A stretch of 36,391 bases of DNA from Nemertoderma westbladi (GCA_032718475.1 JAUCBJ010005001.1:1-36391), one strand, 5' to 3'. Positions 13,349 through 26,122 are shown, counted from the first letter of the stretch. Notes: generated from the letters alone by a model not told the origin. Made by a program: numbers and translations.

Positions 13349-14227
13349 GATGTAATAAATAATACTGTCAGAAGTTTATTTCATCAACAACAGAAAAGTA
13401 CTGTAGGTACAGTAGGTAGGCCAATTCCAGTAGCCTAGGCCTACTGACTGACTTAATATTCAGATATTAATAAACCTACTTCACCATTAGAACAGAGACC
13501 ATCAGAACAGTCTACTGATGAATTATCAACATGTGCGGTGCGTGCCTAACCAAAACAAAAAATGTATAATAATAGATCAAATCATAAATTAATTTATGTC
13601 AGAAATGTCGCCTAGGCTAGGCCTACCCGTACGTCGTACCACTACCAACAACAAAATTATTACAAATAGCCTAACCATTAACTAGGCTATGTCTGCATGT
13701 CAAACATACAGAACTTCTGATACCGGTACGGTAGGCCTACTGGCTGACCGGTCCGGTGGGTGGTGGTAGTAGAAATTACAGACCAAAGTCAGACCGTGTA
13801 ATGTTACACGGTCTGACGTTGCCCGGTGCCTGGTAGGAAGGACTTAAGTACCGGTATGGCGGTACAGTACTACTTGTTGATGGTGGTGCTGATTTGTAGA
13901 CATACTGGTATGTGGTATGTATCGCGTAGCGGTATTTCGAAATAATACAATCATAAGCAGACATAGATTACTAGGATTATGCCTAGGACTAATTGCTGTT
14001 CAGTGTGCAAATTACCGGTACCAGTACTGCAGTACCGCTACTTGTATTTTCATTGCCTCTTACATCAGTACATATTAAATCAAATTTCCCACCAATTTGG
14101 CCAGGTAGATAAATACGACAAATAGAATACAAATAAAACAAAATAAAAACAAGAATACAAACAGAATACAAACAAAATAGAAGACAAATAAGTAACGCTG
14201 GTGATATTTTTTTCAAATAAAACAATA

Positions 14228-14492
14228 AATATATTCGATATAAAAACGTAACCAGAAAACACCATAGACAGAAATAGTTGAATTTCGCTAAATTGAAAAT
14301 CAATGAAAAAAGCGGTGAGTTCCGCTTACTTTTTTTTTAACGAATATATTATAACAATATATAATATAATTTTTAAATATATTCGATATAAAAACGTAAC
14401 CAGAAAACACCATAGACAGAAATAGTTGAATTTCGCTAAATTGAAAATCAATGAAAAAAGCGGTGAGTTCCGCTTACTTTTTTTTAACGAAT
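14228..14492. repeat. Near-identical direct duplication of about 118 bp (14228-14345 and 14375-14492), each copy with a small hairpin
   Basis: AATATATTCGATATAAAAACGTAACC...AAGCGGtgagttCCGCTTACTTTTTTTTAACGAATA occurs twice. Confidence 0.9.
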
Positions 14493-14823
14493 AATTATTA
14501 TTATAAATTTGACATAATAATAATTTTTTCCTAAAATTACACCATCCAAAAGACATCAATTCTCTATTTTGGAACGAATATATTGGTATATTAATAAATT
14601 AGACACAAAATTAATAAAATTAATTAAAATTAAATGTTAATTGTAATACAGTAATAATTTACTATTATTTTAAATCGACCCCTTTGCTAACGTTTTCCTT
14701 TAAGCTGCCCCTGTTGTCCCCACCCCCCTTAATCCGTCCCTGAGTATAACCTTATAGGAATGTAGTAGTTGCGAGCACTACGTATAATTTTCCAAGAACT
14801 TCTAGCTCTACCACAGAGCTCAC

Positions 14824-16262
14824 TCTACAGAGAAGACGGGATACTACAGTACGAGTACAGTTCACTACAGTACGAGTAGACTACAGTTCACTACAGAGAA
14901 GACGGGCTACTAAAGTACAAGTACAGTTCACTACAGTACGAGTACAGTTCACTACAGTACGAGTACAGTTCACTACAGTAAAGTACGAGTACAGTTCACT
15001 ACAGTACGAGTACAGTTCACTACAGTACGAGTACAGTTCACTACAGTACGAGTACAGTTCACTACAGTACGAGTACAGTTCACTACAGTACGAGTACAGT
15101 TCACTACAGAGAAGACGGGATACTACAGTACGAGTACAGTTCACTACAGTACGAGTACAGTTCACTACAGTACGAGTACAGTTCACTACAGTACGAGTAC
15201 AGTTCACTACAGAGAAGACGGGATACTACAGTACGAGTACAGTTCACTACAGTACGAGTACAGTTCACTACAGTACGAGTACAGTTCACTACAGTACGAG
15301 TACAGTTCACTACAGTACGAGTACAGTTCACTACAGTACGAGTTCAGTTCACTACAGTACGAGTAGAGTTCACTACAGTACGAGTACAGTTCACTACAGT
15401 ACGAGTACAGTTCACTATAGTACGAGTACAGTTCACTACAGTACGAGTAGAGTTCACTACAGTACGAGTACAGTTCACTACAGTACGAGTAGTGTTCACT
15501 ACAGTACGAGTACAGTTCACTACAGTACGAGTACAGTTCACTACAGTACGAGTACAGTTCACTACAGTACGAGTACAGTTCACTACAGTACGAGTACAGT
15601 TCACTACAGTACGAGTTCAGTTCACTACAGTACGAGTAGAGTTCACTACAGTACGAGTACAGTTCACTACAGTACGAGTACAGTTCACTACAGTACGAGT
15701 ACAGTTCACTACAGTACGAGTAGAGTTCACTACAGTACGAGTACAGTTCACTACAGTACGAGTAGTGTTCACTACAGTACGAGTACAGTTCACTACAGTA
15801 CGAGTACAGTTCACTACAGTACGAGTAGAGTTCACTACAGTACGAGTACAGTTCACTACAGTACGAGTAGTGTTCACTACAGTACGAGTACAGTTCACTA
15901 CAGTACGAGTAGAGTTCACTACAGTACGAGTACAGTTCACTACAGTACGAGTACAGTTCACTACAGTACGAGTACAGTTCACTACAGTACGAGTAGAGTT
16001 CACTACAGTACGAGTACAGTTCACTACAGTACGAGTAGTGTTCACTACAGTACGAGTACAGTTCACTACAGTACGAGTTCAGTTCACTACAGTACGAGTA
16101 GAGTTCACTACAGTACGAGTACAGTTCACTACAGTACGAGTACAGTTCACTACAGTACGAGTAGTGTTCACTACAGTACGAGTACAGTTCACTACAGTAC
16201 GAGTACAGTTCACTACAGTACGAGTAGTGTTCACTACAGTACGAGTACAGTTCACTACAGTA
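14824..16262. repeat. Minisatellite, 21-bp unit CTACAGTACGAGTACAGTTCA, about 68 copies
   Basis: Directly visible. A GAGAAGACGGGATA variant recurs only in the left part. Confidence 0.98.
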
Positions 16263-18004
16263 ACCCAAACAATAAACGCTATATAAGGAGTAAGAGAGGG
16301 TAGATACATTTTATTTCATTATATATATCCCTATGTTTGTCATTATTTTTATGTATGCCATCAGGGACTTATTCTTATACATTATAATGTACATACAGTA
16401 CTGTACATGAATGGTCTGCCGAACCATATGGCTCCAGATTAACGTCTAGGATCTAAGGCCGAACTTACAACTTGAACATTTACGTGTAAATTAATTGAAC
16501 TTGGATAATTATTATTAGCAAGCACAACCAATTTAATCTCAATCTACCCATAATACAGCCATCTATCATCCTTTACATCCCTACATCGCCATTCTTGCTC
16601 ATGGATGGGCCGGGTAACTCAAATAATCTTGATTTTGGTCCATGATTGGTCTATAATTTATATAAAAACTTTTTTGAGTAAAGCAGAAAACGCGCTAGAC
16701 ATTATAAATACTCAATATTATAATTATTGCTTTTGTTGCCTATTTTGCATTGCTAACAACACTGCTAATTTTGATCAGTCTGTTATTCTTCTTTTCAAAC
16801 ATTGAATAGGGCCTACACCAAATTAAATTGCGGGAAATATAATTCGCTATAAATAGAAACCCTCGCCGGATTCGCCTATTTGTGAGACCTTTAAATGGGT
16901 CGATTCATTTCGGCGAATGGAAAATACTGTTTGAAGGAAAATCCTTTAATCCTTTAATTAAAAAAAATCCTCCCCCTTTTACATCACTACTGTAATAATT
17001 ATACGTAATATACCACCGTTACTAAACTCATCAGCAATAAATTTTAAACCAACAACGTTATGATGTTACGCAATAACTAACGTACGCTCAAAGCAGGAAA
17101 ATAACATAACATCATAGTCGCCCTACAAAATAGTGGATTAGCACATGGCTGACTTCGCAAATCCACTGGTATAATAAAATAATTATTGTGTGTGAGTGTG
17201 GAGTTTAATAATGGGGCAGCCTATATTAATTATATACACTGCCATATGGTCGCGCATTACTTATTTGTCACCAAAATATTAAACACCCGTAGTAGGCCTA
17301 TCTTTACCCTCATAGTGGGGCGAGCCACGAAGTCTATGTGAGCCTTTGCGTATCGGTCTTTAAGTCTTTCAACGCTAAAAAGTCGGTCAATCGTTGATGA
17401 TATTGAACCAAACTTGGTAGGCCTAACAGGTTTACCACCTTTGTGATAAAGTATGAAATGATTGACAGCGGAGGCGTCACACAACACTTTGAGGTGCAGC
17501 GCGTTACCGGTAGCGGTACCGGTAGTGATAAGGGATACAGGGTAAGTCATATTGACGTTGGTACTGTAGACTATCTAAAGCTTAGAAATTCTACACACAG
17601 ACAGACTTGTATAGTTCATTTTTTGGCCACTAGTGGGCGTATGACCAGGTCAACTAATTGTTCTGCTACGCAAAGGCTATAAACTACAGCAGACTTTGTG
17701 CTTTTTGAAGTCTCAACGACCGCGTTATCGATTTATTGCGGAATAGTTTGGGCGATGTTAATTATTGAATAGTCGAGTTCAGCACACATTCAATTATCAG
17801 ATGTATCCTTATGTTGTATTATTACAAATAAACCTCGACCTCGACCGACCTCAGATTGATGACTGACTTTATTTACATATTTATTTTTATTCCATTCAGG
17901 TCACATCTTACCAATTTTAGTATAATTTAAGTAACAGTGTGTCATTAATTACAAAATGTTTGGTTAATATAATTAAATTCATTATAAATAAAGAATTCAA
18001 GTTC

Positions 18005-19570
18005 AACACGTTCGTGGGGACTTCGCGCAGCACGAGGCCTAGTTATTATATACAAATTAAAATGCAGCGACTGTATCACAAAATCAGGTTTTGAGAAATT
18101 TACCCACACCACCAATCAATCAAAGAAAGGTGGACAGTACGTGTTCACCCCTTTTAATCTGCACCCCCCCCTCCCCCACCCACCAATACATAACCGCGAC
18201 ATCTACCACCCACGGAAGGGTAGCACGAACTTATTTCCAATCGCACGTTAAATATGCAAAGCCAGGTGGTTTATAGGAATATAATAAACGCAGTACTCGT
18301 TTTCATTATAAGCCTCTTTGCGTTCGTCCTGTTTTGTATTTAAATATATTTCTTAAACGCAGGCTAGGACGATCTTTATAATAATAATAACTAGGGATGC
18401 GATCAATATGTGAAGCCAGGTGGTTTATATAATAATTTAGTCAACGCAGTACTCGTCTTCATTATATGCCTCGTTGCGCTCGTCGCTTGTCCTGTTTTGT
18501 CATAAAATATTTTTCCTAAACGCAGACTGACGATCTTTATACAGTTATAACTATGCGAAGTTTCGAAACTGTGCGAGTAACTGTTGATACATCTATGTGG
18601 AGATGTGTGATATGTGGAGATGTGTGATACAACGCCAACGCATCTTATGCCGATGTAGTAATATGGGTATTGAAATAATATTAAATCAATGTACACTCTT
18701 AAAGCTGCAGCGAAAAAATGTAGCTAATTTCCTAGGTTACATATAAAATAATAATATTATTTTTAAGAACATTAATTTTACTACTTTGCAAAAATTCAAT
18801 TAAAAAATAACCAGACATATACATTGTGGAATAAACTATTTCAGAAGCCTACAACAGCCATGCCATGGATTGTATTTATGTTATTATATCTGTCATTTAA
18901 CTGAGATAGCAATAGTAGTAATAGTCGAACGGTTATGCGGCCCGTCCAGCCTATAATAAACACAATTCAGTGATTGGGCTGGAATAGCAATACTGGTAGC
19001 CTCTATTACAATTCCTCTCAGGTTAGTCTACAGCCACAACTCCCAGCAGCTAGCTCCACACCAGCAGAGACTTGACCAATAATGGGAAGGATTAAATTTG
19101 TACTCAATAATTGTGCGGTTTAATTACGTTTAGATCAATTAAAGACACATTTATTAAAGCAAATCACTTAAACTAATTAAAAACTATAATAGAATGGCGT
19201 ATGGGGATTATATCTGTATAATTTTTAAGTATAATTATTTAAATCTTATACTGTAAAACAATTAATTTCCTTTAAAAGGCAGGTTGAAAATGGCGTTTTC
19301 ACCGCAATCAACTTAATTAACTAATTAACTGCTATTATCTTAGCTTCTCGAAGGCCACACGGAAATTCTACTTGGAAAATTTCTAAACTTTTGCCAAACA
19401 ACATGTGTACCAAGTTTGGATAGATTTCATCAAAGATTGGCCGAGTTATTAACGTTTAAAATTGAACACGACAGAACGACAGAACGACAGAACGACAGAA
19501 CGACAGAACGACAGGTTGATTAATGGTACCACTACGCTAAGGCTCACTCACTTCGTGGCTCGCCCCACAT
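18005..19570. mobile_element. Non-coding interspersed element, copy A (probable non-autonomous DNA transposon, possibly Helentron/DINE-like)
   Basis: 18005-18180 matches 23813-23995 (CTTCGCGCAGCACGAGG...TTAATCTGCACC). 19120-19570 matches 24406-24846 (TTAATTACGTTT...ACATGTGTACCAAGTTTGGAT...TTCGTGGCTCGCCCCACA). An (ACAGAACG)n tract lies near the right end. The family assignment is inference. Confidence 0.6.
18252..18541. repeat. Diverged tandem duplication of about 130 bp
   Basis: AAGCCAGGTGGTTTATA...AACGCAGTACTCGT...GTCCTGTTTTGT...GACGATCTTTATA at about 18252-18380 and 18406-18541. Confidence 0.8.
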
Positions 19571-21029
19571 GAAACACGTATGAAATAAACTTGAATCATA
19601 AAAATAGGAAAACTTGTAGGGTAAGTTATTTAATACAGTTCGTATTTATAAGTATCACTATTACTTAAACGTTGTAATTCATTTAAATACATACAGTATA
19701 AACAGACATCCATTAGGTGGATATTGTGGAGGCGGGATTTCAGTTATTAAATGATTCATGCTGTTACAACTAACCTATACAGCTAATTACATCGACTTCA
19801 AAATAGAATTTAATACCAAATAAGTTGATGTAAAATACCCAAGGCGATCGTAAGAAGACAATGAAATGTGTATCATCTCTAAAGTGGTCGATTTGAAATT
19901 ACCGGTGTGGAAGTTGGAGAAACCTTAGAAGATGTGGACTCGCCTCAAAGAGTTATTCTATTTATCTTTACGTCACCGTTAAATACCATTATAACTATCA
20001 GCTAACACTAACTTACAGTAGGCCGGCCTACTAGCAATCATAGATTCGGCGGATATCGTGGTTCGCAATCTCGTTGTCTTTAACTTGTACATTTATGTTA
20101 ATGAGGTATCCTCCCCGATATATTAAGGTAATTGATGCAAAAATTTGTAAAATTTCTTTGCAACGAAATTTAATAATACCCATTAATAATAGCGGAGATT
20201 TTTCAAATAATAAAATTTGGATTGTTGTTTTGATTTTAGGTTAATTTATTATTTATTTTACATTATTAAAAATGACAATCGGTTGAACTTCTTACTACTG
20301 TAATTCAGAATCTTGATAACTCGCTATAAAGAAGACTGTCAATCCCAGATCTTATGTAGGCCTACTGTAGCAGAAGTCCTGGAAAATAGTCTGCTGCTAA
20401 TTTATTTATTTAATGCAACAACATTAGCCAATCAAGGCTTTCGCTGGATATTTTGACCGACAAACAACCAACATTATACAAAATAAACATGTTAAAGATC
20501 TGGTGTGTAAAACGCGTTTTTGTGCAGTGATAATGTTTACGATATTATAAAAACGAGTACTGCACTAATTATCTCACATTTATTTTATAATATATGGCAA
20601 AAAAAGCAAACAACCTATTAATTACAATATTTACAATAATTATCGAATGTTCTATGATGTAAATACTTAGCATTATTTTATAGGAAACGATTATCAAAAA
20701 ACGGTTCTTGTAAAATAAAACTAGACCTATATAATGTATTGGCGAAAATTGCACATGCTTTCCGTTTTTGCAAATTTCTGGTACGGCTTGATTGCTCCAA
20801 GGATAATTGCTGTGGAGTCTTAATAATGCACATTATATGTGTATAATTGTCTAATTATATCGGTCATAAAGGATAATGACTATTTTAATGGGGAAGGTAT
20901 AACCGTTTAGTTGCCTTCGAGATAAATAAGTATAATGGGGTGTTAGAGTATACTGGGTCTATGACGCTGTGGAGAGTTAAAGTAGATAAAGTGTGTTTGT
21001 GTGTTTGTTAGGGTGCTGGTAAGTATGTG

Positions 21030-21268
21030 TGCTTAGGTGGATGGATGGGCACGGGTAATAGGTGTGCTTAGGTGGGTGGGTGGATGTGATTAAGTAGACG
21101 TGCTTAGGTTGGTGGGTGGGTGCGGTTAAGTAGACGTGCTTAGGTGAGTGTGTGGGTGCGGTTAAGTAGACGCGCGTAGGTGGGTGGGTGGGTGCGGTTA
21201 AGTATACGTGCTTAGGTTGGTGTGTGGGGGAGGTTAAGTAGACGTGCTTAGGTGGGTGCGGTTAAGTA
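21030..21268. repeat. G-rich 36-bp minisatellite, left part (interrupted by a LINE)
   Basis: Diverged copies of GTGCTTAGGTGGGTGGGTGGGTGCGGTTAAGTAGAC. Confidence 0.9.
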
Positions 21269-21288
21269 TAAATCGTAAACGGTAAGCA

Positions 21289-22590
21289 AAATCGCATCAG
21301 GGATCCCATTGAGAGACTGCTCCGTGGAAATCAGAATGGGTTCCGTAAAGGTCGTGGGACCATGGAGCCCATTTTGGCACTTAGAATGATAATTGAAGAG
21401 TTATCAAAAAAGGAAGACAGGCATCTGGCTGTTATCTTTGTTGACTTCTTCAAGGCCTTTGATTCAATCTCCCGCTCACGTATGTTCAGCATACTTTCAT
21501 TATATGGGATTCCTGATGAAATTATTGCACCAATCAGATCAGTATGCGATGGTTCGACAACATTTGTGTCTACTGTTGACGGTGACACAGAACCATTTGA
21601 AGTGTCATGGGGCGTCCTCCAGGGAGACACACTTGCATCATTCTTGTTCATAATTGTTGTTGAATATGTTCTACGCATGTCCTTAGATCATTATAATGAT
21701 GATAGGGTGATGATAACTCCACCTACTGGCTCCAGAAGTCGAGGAAATCCTGCCAATTACCTAACTGACCTAGACTTTGCTGATGACTTAGGAGTACTCT
21801 CAGAATCACTAGAGGGAGCCCAACAGCTCCTCAGCTCATTAGAACAGGCTGCTTCTAGTGTTGGTCGTTTTATTAACTCCAAAAAGACCACAATTTTGAC
21901 AGTTAACTTTGAAAGTTCTCAGCAAGTCTCTGATCGGATGAGCATAAGCTCAAAGGATGGTATGCTTGAACATGTGGATGACTTCTGTTACCTGGGATCA
22001 TGGATCCGGAAGTCAGATGAGGACCTTCGAATACGTAAGGGAAAGGCATTGGCAGCCTTGAATAGGCTTTCCAGGATTTGGAAGTCACCGAGAATTAATC
22101 GGAAACGTAAGGTCCGATTATTTAGAACAGCAGTAGTTCCAGTACTCCTCTATGGGAGTCCATGCTGGGCTCTAACTGCTGAGGACACCAAATCGCTGGA
22201 TGGCACATTCACAAGAATGCTACGCCGGGTTCATTGTGTCAAGCACAATGCACACATCTCCAACCAGACACTATATAACATTGTAGGTGTCTCATTGGTT
22301 CCCCCAAGCTTGACACTGGAACAAAATCGCCTCCGCTTTGCAGGACATTGCTTTCGCCGTGAGGACCAGCCAGTGCATAATCTTGTACTTTGGCAGCCTC
22401 ATGGAGTGAATAAGCATGGTGGACAGCCCATGACTTTCTTGAGACGCATCTTAAAGGACACTGGCCTTGAAGATGCGGATGGTCTAGCAAATGTCATGGG
22501 TGATAGGGAGTTGTGGCGGCGCAATTTTGTCGACAAGCCGGCACAGCATTCTTAAAAATGCAGCTACAATGCAGCATGCCGATATTAGTA
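21289..22590 (+). mobile_element. 5'-truncated non-LTR retrotransposon (RTE-like LINE), copy 1; reverse transcriptase ORF uninterrupted to the stop at 22555
   Basis: RT motifs QNGFRKGRGT, FVDFFKAFDSI, GVLQGDTLA, LDFADD, DDFCYLGS; RTE-type C-terminus RLRFAGHCFRR...DRELWR; short 3' UTR ending TAGTAG. No endonuclease domain. Confidence 0.93.
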
Positions 22591-23385
22591 GGGTGAGGTT
22601 AAGTAGACGTGCTTATGTGGGTGGGTGGGTGCGGTTAAGTAGTCGTGCTTAGGTGGGTGGGTGGGTGAGGTTAAGTAGACGTGCTTAGGTGGGTGGGTGG
22701 GTGCGGTTAAGTAGACGTGCTTAGGTGGGTGGGTGGGTGCGGTTAAGTAGACGTGCTTAGGTGGGTGGGTGGGTGCGGTTGAGTAGACGTGCGTATGTGG
22801 GAGGTTGGGTGCGGTTAAGTAGGTGTGCTTAGGTGAGTGGGTGGGTGCGGTTAAGTATACGTGCTTAGGTGGGTGGGTGGGTGCGGTTGAGTAGACGTGC
22901 GTATGTGGGAGGTTGGGTGCGGTTAAGTAGGTGTGCTTAGGTGAGTGGGTGGGTGCGGTTAAGTATACGTGCTTATGTGGGTGGGTTGGTGCGGTTAAGT
23001 ATACGTGCTTAGGTGGGTGGGTGGGTGCGGTTAAGTAGACGTGCTTAGGTGGGTAGGTAGATGCGGTTAAGTAGACGTGCTTAGGTGGGTGGGTGGGTGC
23101 GGTTAAGTAGACGTGCTTAGGTGGGTGGGTGGGTACGGTTGAGTAGACGTGCGTATGTGGGAGGTTGGGTGCGGTTAAGTAGGTGTGCTTAGGTGAGTGG
23201 GTGGGTGCGGTTAAGTATACGTGCTTAGGTGGGTGGGTTGGTGCGGTTAAGTATACGTGCTTAGGTGGGTGGGTGGATGCGGTTAAGTAGACGTGCTTAG
23301 GTGGGTAGGTAGATGCGGTTAAGTAGATGTGCTTAGTTGGGTGGGTGGGTGAGGTTAAGTCGACGTGCTTAGGTGGGTGGGTGCG
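22591..23385. repeat. G-rich 36-bp minisatellite, right part, about 22 copies
   Basis: Unit GTGCTTAGGTGGGTGGGTGGGTGCGGTTAAGTAGAC directly visible. Confidence 0.97.
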
Positions 23386-23812
23386 AATAAGTTTAGCAAC
23401 TATTCAGTAGTATTACAACTTCTCATGAAGGTAGACTGCTGTATGTGTATGGTATACTGTAGAACTGTCGTAAAACAGAGCCGTCCTATTGGATGCTATT
23501 TATAGATACATACCCATTTCTTTCCCCCTCTTCCCCCTTTTCTACCCTCCCCTTCCCCCTTTTCTTACGCTCTCTTACCCCAGCACAGAGAAGATCTCCC
23601 CCCAGCCCGCGCGCCAACACCAGAATGTTCATTGCCATCAGTGCAAGGCCTTTAATGTATGTCTGGTAGATGAGAGGTATGGCGGGAAATGTGTACTCTT
23701 GCTGTTGATAACCCAAAAAATGGGTATCCAAGATATTAATGTAAATTAACTGTAAACTAAAATGTAAGCATAGTTAGAAATACTTGAAGGTTGGATAATG
23801 TATTTGTATTAA

Positions 23813-24846
23813 TACACGTCCGTAGGGCCTTCGCGCAGCACGAGGCTCAGTTATCAGATACAGATTAAAATTGAGCAATTCTATCCCAAAAATCGGCATT
23901 TAAGAAATTTAACAAAACCGCCAATAAGAATAAGTCAAAGAAGAGAGAAAAGTTCCCCCCTTCAACCCCCCTCTTAATCTGCACCACCCCAACCCAAAGG
24001 CCCACAGAAGATTAATGAAAGGCAGAGGTATTAACAGGGAATTTGTGTTTTAAATTTTAGAAAGGCGACCCAATTTGTAAAAGATATTAAAACTTACCTT
24101 ACGCCGATAGTATTGATACTGAAATATTAATTCATCATGTTAATGCCTCAACGAAATAATTTAGCGAATTATTCTAAAGAATCAGGATGATATGCTCAGG
24201 CAATCATTTTGCGAGATAAATAATAAGCAAGCTGGCTTATTAGTCTGGCACCTTACACTAGTAGTGCCTGCCTATTTCCTATAAATGTAATTACCCGTTG
24301 CCAAGTAGAGTGGTGAGATGGTTGGACTGGTTCCCAAACTATAGGCAATAGCAAGCATGCCAAGGAATGAGGGGAGTATAGAGTGACTAGGGCATTTTGA
24401 TAACTTAATTACGTTTGGATCAATTAAAAACACATTTCTTAAAGCAAATCAGTTGAACTAATTAGAAACTATAACGGAATGGGGTATGGGGATTACAGCT
24501 GTATAACTTTTAAGTATAATTATTTATATCTTATACTATAAAATAATTAATTTCCTTTAAAAGTCATGTTGAAAATGCTGTTTTTTACCCTAACCAACAT
24601 TTCATTAATTAATTAACTGAATTTATCTTACCTTCAGGAAGGCCACACGCAAATTCAACTTGGAAAATCTCTCAATTTTTGCCAGACTACATGTGTACCA
24701 AGTTTGGATTTCATTAAGATTTGGCTGAGTTATTAACGTTTAAATTTGAACATAACAGAACAACAGAGCAACAGAATAACAGACACACCGATTGAGTTAG
24801 TGGTACCCGTATGCTAAGCTCGCATACTTTCGTGGCTCGCCCCACA
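23813..24846. mobile_element. Non-coding interspersed element, copy B (same family as 18005-19570)
   Basis: Shares both end blocks with copy A but has a different, shorter interior; ACAGA-type microsatellite near the right end. Confidence 0.6.
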
Positions 24847-24936
24847 ATAATACTCAATTACACATCAAAATCTCGGAATTACATATCAAATGGCCTTTGA
24901 AATGAGAGATAGTTATTTAGATTATATAATATTGCA

Positions 24937-25130
24937 GTACCGGTACATCGTACCGGTACCTACCTACCGGTACGGTACGATGTGTACCGGTAGTTAGGTA
25001 CCGGTACCTTCCTACCGGTACGGTACGATGTGTACCGGTAGGTAGGTACCGGAACCTACCTACCGGTACGGTACTATGTGTACCGGTAGCTAAGTACCGG
25101 AACCTACCTACCGATACACATCGTACCTAC
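24937..25130. repeat. 48-bp tandem repeat of self-complementary units, about 4 copies
   Basis: Unit GTACCGGTACCTACCTACCGGTACGGTACGATGTGTACCGGTAGGTAG. CCTACCTACCGGTAC is the reverse complement of GTACCGGTAGGTAGG. Confidence 0.9.
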
Positions 25131-25139
25131 TGTACCTAC

Positions 25140-26122
25140 TACTAGGATCGGCATGCTGCATTGGAGCTGCATTTTTAAGAATGCTGTGCCGGCTTGTCAA
25201 CAAAATTGCACCGCCACAACTCCCTATCACCCATGACATTTGCTAGATCATCCGCATCTTTAAGGCCAGTGTCCTTTAAGATGCGTCTCAAGAAAGTCAT
25301 GGGCTGTCCACCATGCTTATTCACTCCATGAGGCTGCCAAAGTACAAGATTATGCACTGGCTGGTCCTCACGGCGAAAGCAATGTCCTGCAAAGCGGAGG
25401 CGATTTTGTTCTAGTGTCAAGGTTGGGGGAACCAATGAGACACCTCCAATGTTATATAGTGTTTGGTTGGAGATGTGTGCATTGTACTTGACACAATGAA
25501 CCCGGCGTAGCATTCTTGTGAATGTGCCATCCAGAGATTTGGTGTCCTCAGCAGTTAGAGCCCAGCATGGACTCCCGTAGAGGAGTACTGGAACTACTGC
25601 TGCTCTAAATAATCGGACGTTAAGTTTCCGATTAATTCTCGGTGACTTCCAAATCCTGGAAAGCCTATTCAAGGCTGCCCATGCCTTTCCCTTACGTATT
25701 CGAAGGTCCTCACCTGACTTCCGGATCCATGATCCCAGGTAACAGAAGTCATCCACTGCTCAAGCATACCATCCTTTGAGCTTATGCTCATCCGATCAGA
25801 GACTTGCTGAGGACTTTCAAATTTAACTGTCAGAATTTTGGTCTTTCTGGAGTTAATAAAAAGACCAACACTAGAAGCAGCATGTTCTAATGAGCTGAGG
25901 AGCCGTTGGGCTCCCTCTAATGATTCTGAGAGTACTCCTAAGTCATCAACAAAGTCTAGATCAGTTAGGTACTTGGCAGGATTTCCTCGACTTCTGGAGC
26001 CAGTAGGTGGAGTTATCATCACCCCATCATCATTATAATGATCTAAGGACATGCGTAGAACATAGTCAACCACAATAATGAACAAGAATGGTGCAAGTGT
26101 GACTCCTTGGAGGACGCCCCAT
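25140..26122 (-). mobile_element. 5'-truncated RTE-like LINE, copy 2, frameshifted
   Basis: Nearly the same protein as copy 1, split into ORFs 25669-26145 and 25175-25756 by a 1-nt loss at EHVDDF. FADD is changed to FVDD. Same 3' UTR and TAG-repeat tail. Confidence 0.93.

Noticed and set aside
14305-14338. Rho-independent terminator-like hairpin plus T-tract
   Set aside because: Eukaryotic context with no upstream bacterial-type gene.
14881-16309. (CSELYSY)n and (FTTVRVQ)n ORFs
   Set aside because: The unit is a multiple of 3 but frames are open on both strands, DNA copies are near-identical, and there is no signal peptide or unique domain.
17624-17640. CTCF-like motif TGGCCACTAGTGGGCGT
   Set aside because: A single imperfect match with no supporting evidence.
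22591-23385. Telomeric repeat array
   Set aside because: TTAGG occurs only once per 36-bp unit, not as tandem (TTAGG)n or (TTAGGG)n.
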